From Trichoplax sp. H2 (taxonomy: Eukaryota): a stretch of 64,000 bases of DNA. A program made the translations under genes and the position numbers. Each line of letters opens with the position of its first letter. Within the stretch, counting starts at the first letter, position 1. Positions 53,901 through 64,000 of the stretch are shown here, in pieces. The stretch lies in contig NOWV01000016.1 in NCBI GenBank assembly GCA_003344405.1, forward strand, positions 372,001 through 436,000. The letters run 5' to 3'. The notes below the pieces were generated by a model. It was not told where the DNA came from, made no database searches, and saw nothing but the letters and a program-made list of their open reading frames with translations.

Positions 53901-56900
53901 CGGCATCGTTCAACTTGGCTTGGCGAAGCTTATTTATTAGACTTTAATACAGTAAAACTGCTTTTAGCTCGTCATTAAAACTTACATTAAGAGAGTTTAG
54001 GCTATAAATTTTGATACCATATCTTATTGCTTTACCATTGCCACACTTTGTCCAAAAATACTCAAATCTTAAGCTTCAATAGTTGAAAAATACTTTCCAC
54101 TGTTCCCAAAATTGGCTTAAAGAACTTCGATCTTTCGATTTTGCATAAACATTTTCTACCGTAAAATTTAGCTCGGAAGTATTTAAATCTTATATTTGAA
54201 TGGTAGAAAAATACTCTTTACTATCACCAAATTGGCTTGAAGGACTTTAATCATTCGATTTCGTATAAATATTTTACTGTCTGAAGTCTAATTTAGACGC
54301 ATCAATTCGTAGGCTTTAAGGACTTCAATCTTTTGATATCGTGTAAATATTTTACGACAGCAAAATATAGTTCGAAAGTATTCAAATCTTTGGCTTCAAT
54401 AGCTGAAAAATACAATTACCGTCGCCAAAATTGGCTTGAAGAACTTCAATCTTTCGATATTTCATAAATTATTACTTTCGCAAAATCTAGCTCGAAAGAA
54501 TTCAAACCTTAGCCTTCAATATTAAAGAAATACTCTTTTCTATCGCAAAATTTGCCTGAAAGAGCTTCAATCTTTCGATTTTTCTTAAGCATTTAACTGT
54601 TGTATAATCTAATCTGGAAGTACGCAAACTTTAGACTGCAATGATAGATAGATGCACCACATATCTTGCTACCATTCAATTTGGCCTGAAAATGTTCAAA
54701 TCTTAAATCTTGAGCGCAGAGAAATATATCTTTATGCTTATAAAATTTGGCTTGTAAACCAGTTTTTTTAATTTATAATACCATACCGTAAATATTAATA
54801 GTAATGGAATATTCTTTTATATTAGTTTAATATACTTCCTAACTATGATTTCATGACAGGTCCAGTCGTCATCTGAATATAAGGTTACTAAAAGAGAAAA
54901 ATCAAAGCAGTCATTGAGGAGATTGAATTCACTAGATCAAAGTGATGTAAGAATACCCTAAATTGTAATGCTTAATCATACATAGCCTATTTATAATATA
55001 CCTTTAATGGCATAAATATGAATTGCGTCACCATGATAGAACTGAATTAGTCATAGATATGCGATTTTAATTTATATTTGTATAGAGAAAGAAGTCGCTT
55101 GTCGATAAAATTAGATCCATATCATTCGTTAAGGTCAGGAAAGGAATTTATTTTCTACTAAAATTTAAATTTCTTGATATAACTAGCCCAATAGAGTCCT
55201 TACGGCTAAAACTACACAACCTTTATTCAATTACTGAATATTGTGATTCGAAATTCAATAGAATTTTGATAGTAGCCAGGATGACTCTCCATCTGATTCG
55301 GGAATAGAACGTAAAGTTAAAGTAGGTCTTCTATTCTTAGCTATTAACTTCATTAATTTCTTAATTTAAGATATTATAAACAAAAATTGGAATAGTATTT
55401 ATAGGCTGATTTCTTCATATCAGTTCTTAGTTTAGAAAATCGCTAAATAGGATATCAAAAGTCTATCTCTAAATAAATTCGATCAAATCCTGTCCCATTC
55501 CTCCGGTAGAATCTCTTAATTTATAATAATGGCTAGATCTATTTCAATTTCTTTCCTCAAATAATTGAATCCAATCCAGTTTCAAGTAAATTCTTTAAAG
55601 CCACCCCAGTTTACAATAACCTGCAGATAAAGTATTTTAATAATGATACCTTGAATGATCGAATTTAATTAAACTGCAACTAATTTTATCACACAGCTCC
55701 TAGTTTAAAAATTGTTGATAGGAAATTTTAATGCTAATTACCTTCGATATTGCTCTTAAGTAACAAAATCTAAAATTTAATATTTATAATGTTGCTTCTC
55801 GAATGGTTGGATTTAACTAATCCTAAACGAAATTTTTACTACTTCTTTTCTACTATCATATTGATAAGTAGAAAATATTAAATGTCGATTACTTAAATAA
55901 CGAAATTACATTAACATTACTTTGAACCATTTCGTAGACTGTAATTACAAGTTAATATTATTAATTAATAACGACAGTACACCGAAATGTATGAGACATT
56001 TATGATGAAATGTTCGCCATATTATATCAAAAATGTGGCATGGCTTCAATATCACCTCGATAGATCGCTTAATATATGAATTTCTGATAACTTCAGATTT
56101 TATATTTCTAAACATTTAATAGAATACTGAATTTTTACTATCTTGAATCATGATAGAAACGTGAAAGCAGTAGAACTCACGCCAGTAAAGAAGAAGATAC
56201 GGAATCAAGTCATAATGTAATTCGGATATATAGGATATAAATTAATAGCATATTGCATGATATACGTACATCTGCATGAGTATACGACTAAGTAACTGCT
56301 ATTAAAAGTTTTAAAACTATCAAAGTCTAGTAATATATATTAGATTCTGATGAGTTACTGTATGCTAGAGTTAGCTAGTGTACCCTTAAGAATATTAACT
56401 AGACACTTATCTTTCAGAAACGCGATAGTAACAAAACCCGTTCTAGCAAAGAAGAAGACATCATATCCAGTAATAAGGTTGATAAGATATGTACTGAGTA
56501 GTAAAGCAATTGCTATACTATATATTCAGTATGCACTGCTAGGCAATAAATTGAACAGTATTTATAAGCCATCAAACTTAGTAAAATAAAACATCTATTA
56601 TGCATACCTACTTCAGAAACATGAAAGTAGTAAACCTCATACTAGCGGAGGAGACGACAGTCTATCCAGCAATAAGGTGGAAAGGGTATCTTCTAAACAA
56701 TTTATCAATTTCTATGCTATAAATTAAATATATAACGCTAGATAATAGGTTGAACAACATGTATAAGTCACCAATCTTAGTAACATAAGACATGTGTTAA
56801 ACGCTCTCTACTGCAGAAACATGAAGGTAGCAAAACTCAAGTTTGTAAAGCAGAAGATAATACATCTAGTAGCAAGGTAATTATTTTTGTATGATAAATA

Positions 56901-59900
56901 GTAAATTAAAGTATTATACATTGGATAAATGTTGTTGAATAACAAACTTAGGAGTTTTAAAAATTATCCAGTTTAATCAAAGAGATGCAAGTATGTAAAT
57001 ATTAAAAATTATGGATGAAAAATGTATCTATTACAGAAACATGAAAGTAGTAATACTCATATCAGTAATGGGGAAGACATCATATCCAGCAGTAAGGTAG
57101 GAAAGCATAACCTAAATAATACATTATTACACACCGAGTATATATGGAGTGCCTTCCTTTTTAATAATGTACTGAAATCGTCTAGAGAACCTTTTATTTA
57201 AACCTTCCTTTTAATAATGTACCGAAATCGTCTAGTAAAAATTAGTATATATCGTTAAAAAATGTTAATATGCAAATTAAATGAACATATCATAGAAACA
57301 TGAAAGTAGCAAAACCCACACCAGCAAAGGGGAAGATAACGCAACCAGCAATAAGGTAGAAAAACACGTTCCAAATAACAAATTATTATTCACTCAGTAT
57401 ACGTGTATAATGAGTGTGTTTCTTCAAATAACATACCAAAGTCACTAAACATTAACATAAATCATATTAGAAATATCAATATAAAAATTAAACGTACATA
57501 TTACAGAAGCAAGAAAGTAGCAAAACCCATACTGGCAAAGGTGAAGATAACACATCCAATAATAAGGTAGGAAGCACATTCTAAATAGCAAATTATTGTA
57601 CACTTAGAATATATTAAGCGTATTCCTTTTAATAAAGTGCTGAGGCCATTAGTATAAATCACATTAAAGATGCTAACATATAAATTAAATGCATACATCA
57701 CAGAAGCGTGAAAGTAGCAAAGGTCTTACTAGTAAAATCGACGACAATCTATCCAGCAGTAAGGTATTTACAATGTCATAACCATATGACATAACGCTTT
57801 TGCAAATATGAATGACATAAAATGATGCATACAATAAATTCTTTACCTCATTCTTATACATTAAAAAAATAGCTTTACATAAAACATACAATAATTAATG
57901 CAAAAATATGAAATAAATTTCATGTTTTCCTTTTATACAAACTAATACTCAAAGGTAAATTTATCTTTACTCATTTTAATTGCAGAGGAGTTCTAAGGAT
58001 AAGATTGATCGGAATCGTAAATCAAGATCAAGTGGTGATCGTAGATCGTCAGATAAAAAGGTTTACAATTAATTAAAATAGATTAATACGTCAGTTTTAT
58101 ATCTAGATCTTGGAAAATTTAAAAAACTGCAGCAGTTAAATGAATTTAACGATTCTCAATTATTCCTGGTATTTGCAAATTCGATGTTCTATTTGAGCTC
58201 GCAAACGTATTAGCATTTAAATATAAATTTGTAGGATATAAAAACAAGAAATTAATTTACCAATATACGTATAATATGCTTTTTGGCTGATACTAGTCAA
58301 GTTTATTAATTTAAATTTATGATACTATTAATAATACTTGCGTACTTGTACGTACTAAATGTTATTGCACCATTCTTGATATCAAAAATCTACAGCATAT
58401 CTAGAATTTCTATGTTATGTATATACACTTTTAGTCATTAAAGGAAACTATTTTGAGCTTCGATTTCAAGCCTGGAGATACTGTTCGTAGTGGTAGCAAA
58501 GTGAGCTTAATTTTCAAATTTTCAAATTTTCCAAAATATCTTCATATGAAGAGCTACTGCGTTAAAATCTTTAAGCTATGAATTTTTTACACTATATTTC
58601 ACACCACTTTTGGCTAAAATGATGCTAATATCAACTAAGGTCGGCAAGTTATGCTATTTTGGGAGGACAGAATTTGCCGATGGAATATGGGCTGGTATAA
58701 AATTAGATGAACCTATCGGTAAAAACGATGGTACAGTAGATGGAGTAACTTACTTTAGTTGCAAACCTAAGCATGGTAAGATGTGAATGAATATGCAAAT
58801 ATATTCTAAGGTCAACAAGGCACTCGTCAATTTGTTGTAATTTAGGTATTTTGGTAAATGCGTCCAGAGTACAGAAAGTAACGGACCATACAACTAGTGA
58901 TAGCAATCAGTTTTCCGATCTTATACCTAACCCTTCGGAGATAAAGAATATTTTCGAAAGTGCAAGTGATTCTTCGCAATTACAATCCAATCCTGACGAA
59001 ATTAGCGTATTAGACCTTTTACAACTGAAATATGAATCATCAAAAATTAGGGTAATGCGACTTTACAATCCACTCATTTACTGTAGAATAGAATAAGTTC
59101 TAGAAATATGAGATAAGACATTCAAAATAAGATTGTATAATTAGGATATAGACTGTCATAAGCATTTCTATTCTGCCATTTTAGATAGGAGACCGAGTCA
59201 TTGCGTCCGATGATAAACCAGGAGTAGTTCGTTTTGTAGGAAAAACTAAATTTGCTAGTGGGTGAGTAAATTCTCAATATTGCGATTGCTGGTCAATCAT
59301 TAGATAATTAAATCTTATTGATCTTCTTAACTGATTTACTTCATGAATATTTATTAAAATACTGATATTGGAAATTGAAATTAAATTGAAAAGTACCTGG
59401 ATTGGGATTGAACTTGATGAAGAGCTAGGTAAGAACGATGGTTCGACGGCTGGCGTTCGCTACTTTACTTGTAAGCCCCGCCATGGCGTCTTTCTTCCAC
59501 CATCTAAAGTTATGAAGTATGTCGATAGCATCATTATTCCTACTGCTTTCATTTTGGGTATTTTTACTAAATATGAACAATTTAGAGGATATCTAGATTA
59601 GCATGTATTAACTTATTAATCGGTGTATCTATAATTTAGGGATTTAAATTACTACTACGCAGCGAAATTACAGAAAGAATCTGACTTACAAGCTGCTCAA
59701 GCTGAAAAAGCCCGATTAATTAAAAATGCTAACTTGCCAGATGAGAATAAAAATAGGTATACCTACCTTTATCTCATTTTTCACTCTATATATCAATCAG
59801 TACATTTGATTTCATGACTACGAAATTGTTGACTAAAAGACTGAACTTTGATACTATGTAATTATGTTAAAACATAGCAGTATTTGACAAAACGACAACC

Positions 59901-61044
59901 TTTTGATTTTACCATACTCATTTTGTACTTACTTTAAAACGAAACTGTACATATTACGAGAAAAGTATACAATATACTGTAATTTTAAATCAAGCATCCA
60001 TTAGAAATTTTTACGCTCGAGGTTATTGGAATCGAATTTAGACGACATATAAAACTGATTTCAGGACATTTCAATTCTTGCATGCTGTTCCAATAAATTT
60101 TTTATCACAAGTTAAATTAGTTGATTCTATGGTGTACTATAAATTTATCAGCTAGGGAATTTAAAACCTAACAAAGAACGCTATGTTTTCATATTGGATT
60201 AAAATTATCAATATGCAACCTATAACCCTATTTTAATCGATAATTTAAGAATTTTTTTATCCACTATGTCTGTGACAGGGATGTTTCTGCTTCGAAATCA
60301 AGTATAAGTGACAGCGTTGATACGGTGCTTAGAAATAGTAAAATCAAAAGAGAGAGTGATGAAAAAGCGATAGCAATGAATCTAAAGCTCAAAACCAATA
60401 CCAACAATTCTTTAGGCAAATCTGACCCTAACTCTTCCAGTATTACTGTCACAACGGTGAGTTATTATGGTCAATTTCAGCTGCATTGGTAATTTTCTAA
60501 ATTAGAAATTGTATTTCATCGTACAGGGAATGAGTGCATACGTCAACAGCGACATTGGAATTATCAGATTTATCGGTTATGTTGAACCCCTGCATGGAAA
60601 TTATCTCGGCATCGAGTTACGCAAACCAAGTAAGTTTACTGCGGAGTAGCCAGGAAGCCTATTGCTACACTGATAATGATAATTCATACTAAATTTATCT
60701 GCATCAGTTTAATTAATTTCACTTACAACGCTATTTTAGAGGGAACCATGGATGGCACATATGAAGGCAAAAAGTACTTTGCCTGGTATGATATTTAGTT
60801 ATAATCCAAACACGCGCAAATTCTTTCTAGACACAATAATTTATCGTAGGAAATGTGATATACGCGTATGTTAATTTTTATCTGTGTTTAAAATTGAAAA
60901 ACTATTCTGTTAACTCTCATGACGATCATCTTAAAATTTTGTTTTTACTTTGTCTTCTTTAGTAAACCCAATCATGGTCTTTTAGTTAAGCCAAGTGCCG
61001 TTACAGTCCGGGGAATTAATGCAGCAGAATTAATTGAAGAATAG
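47952..61044 (+). CDS. CLIP4: CAP-Gly domain-containing linker protein (CLIP3/CLIP4 family): ankyrin repeats, ~590-aa repetitive linker, three CAP-Gly domains; roughly 45 exons
   Basis: N-terminal exons: [79 protein letters not shown]-Gly motifs [17 protein letters not shown] (~58.7 kb), [13 protein letters not shown] (~59.4 kb) and GIELRKP.GTMDG (~60.6-60.8 kb). The C-terminus [27 protein letters not shown] is CLIP4-like. Confidence 0.88.
51255..54946 (+). repeat. Coding exon array A in the CLIP gene: ~11 related phase-0 exons (54-87 nt)
   Basis: Exons at 51255-51332, 51623-51694, 51817-51891, 51996-52070, 52183-52257, 52419-52490, 52612-52698, 52828-52890, 53069-53152, 53279-53332 and 54860-54946. 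All are AG/GT-bounded, multiples of 3 and stop-free; consensus approximately [25 protein letters not shown]. Confidence 0.85.
53500..54760. repeat. Degenerate ~60-bp minisatellite with ~120-bp A/B higher-order period inside a CLIP intron
   Basis: aaattggcttgaagaacttcaatctttcgat units (near 54109, 54229, 54428, 54549) alternate with aaaatctagctcgaaagtattcaaatcttag units (near 54164, 54363, 54483, 54605). Confidence 0.75.
56157..57763 (+). repeat. Coding exon array B in the CLIP gene: eight 60-nt phase-0 exons
   Basis: Exons at 56157-56216, 56418-56477, 56617-56676, 56817-56876, 57037-57096, 57296-57355, 57507-57566 and 57704-57763. Each encodes 20 aa, consensus [20 protein letters not shown]; flanking introns are also homologous. 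Confidence 0.92.
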
Positions 61045-61822
61045 TCTTCCATTACTTATTAAGAAGTATATGACAAAATACCAACTTTTAACTAAGAAAC
61101 TAAATTTTATGCGTTGCAATAAATATAGAAAAAGCAGTCTTGAGTCAATATTCTAATTCGATATAACAGTAGTATTGTGCAGTATATGGCTAATTTATTA
61201 ATTTAAGATAGCATACCATATGCTTGAATATAACCGTATCTATATTTGCGAACTACGCGGTCAAATAATCTTATACGCATCATTCTTTCAATCTTACCCT
61301 TCTATTTTTACTAATTATATTGCAATATTCTAATTTCAAGGATATCATTATCTGCGCTTACTTGCTATTTCATACAATCATTCCGTTGTACTAATTCTAT
61401 ATACTACGATTCGTCGTCAATTTATAATATCTTTTCTCTTAATGGTGTGTTCTCGCTTGCTTATACATATATATTATAATTCTCATTTATTAAAATTGCT
61501 TATTGTATAAGGCCATGTTTGTACAATGTAAAATGTATCGAGTACCTGCCTTGACATTATATAGTTCATTGTAAGGCACTGGAATATTTATGAATTAATA
61601 ATGTTTATAATTAAGTATCTATCTATTATCACTAGATTCATTAGGTCTCGAAATAAAGTTAAAAGAAAAAATGGTTCTTAGCTAGTACTATATTGTAGGT
61701 AGTTTTACCATTAACAGCTCAACAATATTTATATACGCGTATTTGCTAACGTTATGAAATTATACGATAAAAATAAATTAAATCACTTGTATTATGACAT
61801 AATCCTTTTGCCTGTATTGAAG

Positions 61823-62160
61823 TGTCACGGTGCTAACTCACCGTACCAAAATAGTACACGCTTTGCGGCTACAATGATATTGTAAGCCGAGGAGATTACG
61901 TAACCAGATATAGATTGTAGACGGTACGATTTAAATTGTGATGTGTTAAAGGTCATTTATATCTATAGTTGGATTAGTATTATTCTAAGAGGTGTGTAAA
62001 AGCTTGTAGATAAGATCTATTTAAACGATTGGACAAATTAATAAAAAGTTAGTTCTTAGTTCCTAAGGTTAGAAGTATAACGGAAATCGAAGGTGTACGA
62101 ATTATTGCGAGATCGTAGATTCGATCACAACGTTATCTTGTCACACGGGAATTTGTGACA
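61823..62160 (+). mobile_element. Solo LTR (338 bp), distant relative of the 18082 element
   Basis: Starts TGTCACGGTG and ends cgttatcttgtcacacgggaatttgtgaca; flanks TGAAG / TGACG (4 of 5 match); AATAAA at ~62040. Confidence 0.7.
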
Positions 62161-63199
62161 TGACGACGTTTCCATATGTTGTAATAGCTCTAACGTAACT
62201 AATTTGAATTTGTTTAGGTAAAAGAATGACAGTAAAGGCGAATAAATCAGTTGTAATACGCGATAATTATGAGATTGTTAGTGATTATATATGTTTATTT
62301 GTTGTTAAATAAGCAATGGCAGCTATACAATTTATATCGAGCATACTCCCCTAGAATATTACAGAATTGACTATCTTATGTACAATGATCGAAAACAATA
62401 GATATACATCATATAAGCCAGGTGCGGAGTACAAATATACACACGTCTAACAGTCATTTCTCAGTCGCCCTTTGCCTATATAATAAAATCTGTTCTACTA
62501 GCTGTAATTAAAGTGTGGTTCACACAAGTAATTTAGAATAGCAGATTTTATTACTGATTCTCTATCGATTGAGATACTACGTATTACGTAGACAATAGTA
62601 CAACAAGCTCCGATAGACAAGGAAAACTTCCTGCAACAGCAGATCTTAGAAAAGAAGGACTAAGAACAACAATGGCAGAAAAGTGTCGCTGCTTAAATAT
62701 ATTATCTTACTTGTTTGTAGCATGATAATTGTGAAAAACATAATTCAAGACTTACAGAACTTAGTATGAGAATAAAATTATACGATTAGTATCATATTCT
62801 ACGAAGCTGAAATCAACATACTTGAATTATCACAAACATTACTAATATATATCTATTATTGTTAACAACCCTAGATTTTGGTATTATTTTTAAGTTATAT
62901 CTAATTTACTTCTACATAACATGTTGACAATAATAGCTTATCTAACAGCTGCACTACAGCCTATTCAACAACAGTAGATAACTCGTACATTGATCAGTAA
63001 GAAGGCTGGAAAATTTTCTGCATAAAAGATATGAAAAACTGCAAATTACCTTAAGGAATTATAGCAAAAGTTATTTTTGAAAAATTTTTGGTACAAGTCA
63101 TTACATAGTACGCTGTTAATATTAAACTAGCTTTCTCTCATACTATATTGTCAAACTAAAATATAGCGGCAATTTTGCCTGTTAATAATTACAATGTGC

Positions 63200-63929
63200 T
63201 TATGTACTGCTTAAATTTAAGTGCTTAGTATCTGTAGGTGACATAGCGTCCCTATCAACCTTCCAAGTCACACATTGTTCAATTGTCATATCTAAATAAT
63301 TTTGCATACGAATTGGAATGTTTGTCTGATTACGAACACTTCGTAAATGTGCAAGATCTTTCCAAAGCATTGGACAATATTTTGTAGCTAAAATTTTAAA
63401 ATGTTGACGTTAGTAAGCTAACCACGCAATGAATAATTAATATTTAGCAGCAAAGCAGATTACTAATAATAAACTTACGGTAAACTCCAGTCAAATTTGC
63501 AAATGCCCAACTAGCAAAGTACTGGACTTGCATTGTATCATTAAGTAGAAGGTAAATTATCGGCGTTAACGATCTGCAATGGATACACCATGAATAAGCA
63601 TTAGCCGAGTATAAGTATCAAGTGGTACATTTAAATGGCAATCACTTTTAAATGTCATTAACCTATAATTGATTGTACGGTCTGCTTTTATATTCCAACT
63701 TTCGCTTACACTAATCTTTATGTGAAAAATGAGACATTTAGGTTAGAAAAATTTTACTTGAAAAAATGTAAAAAGTTATCAATGGATTGAATCGCTCACA
63801 ATTTCATTTAAAGTCTCTTCACGTAACGTTTCGCTAACAGTCCAGGCATCCTCTCCATCGGATGCTAAATGAGCCAAAATACCTGCTGAATTATAGCCTA
63901 TTTCTAATTCACTTTCTCGTAGTAAAGAT
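63200..63929 (-). CDS. ZER1: 3' exons of a ZER1 (ZYG11-family Cul2 substrate receptor) gene; 5' part lies outside the window
   Basis: Four exons read SLLRESELEIGYNSAGILAHLASDGEDAW..., WNIKADRTINYR, SLTPIIYLL...QYFASWAFANLTGVY and TKYCPML...; these resemble the ZER1 C-terminus (EVSYNACGVLSH..DG.EAW, NINYRSF.PI, WALYNL..VY..KYCP). Stop at 63200-63202. Confidence 0.85.
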
Positions 63930-64000
63930 CTATAAATCATGACATAGAAACAACATTTTTTTAATTTTATCACATATATTGCCACAACAATCTACAGCAT

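Noticed and set aside
56157-57763. Regularly spaced repeats superficially like a CRISPR array
   Set aside because: Eukaryotic context, spacers are mutually homologous GT-AG introns, and the repeats are coding exons.
56350-57891. ORF-track calls 56350-56589 (+), 57501-57701 (-) and 57685-57891 (-)
   Set aside because: Wrong-frame or antisense read-through of array B exons and introns.
62177-62760. Possible further LTR (minus-strand TATATAGG followed by TTAGACGTGT)
   Set aside because: Could not define matching TG...CA termini with a TSD.

Overview
AT-rich, intron-dense animal genomic DNA. The compact genes and low GC suggest a placozoan such as Trichoplax, but this is inference only. Genes, left to right: an orphan last exon of a trypsin-family protease (probably a relic); CCDC105/TEKTL1 (-); TSC1/hamartin (+); TTLL11 (-); an intronless class A GPCR (-); a CLIP3/CLIP4-family ankyrin + 3x CAP-Gly gene (+); and the 3' end of ZER1 (-). 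About 27 kb (21.1-47.9 kb) between the GPCR and the CLIP gene has no recognisable intact gene. Most striking is the CLIP4-like gene: its ankyrin-to-CAP-Gly linker is built from about 26 consecutive frame-preserving (phase 0-0) small exons (~590 aa). These include two tandemly duplicated exon families: 72-87-nt S-P-K/R...DQDE exons and eight exact 60-nt KHESSK...SSNK exons. The window also holds a family of TGTCACGG...TTTGTG(A/G)CA solo LTRs. One has a perfect 5-bp target-site duplication, and another appears as both empty and filled alleles across assembly gaps. All calls were made by eye with no database searches, so exon boundaries are best estimates.
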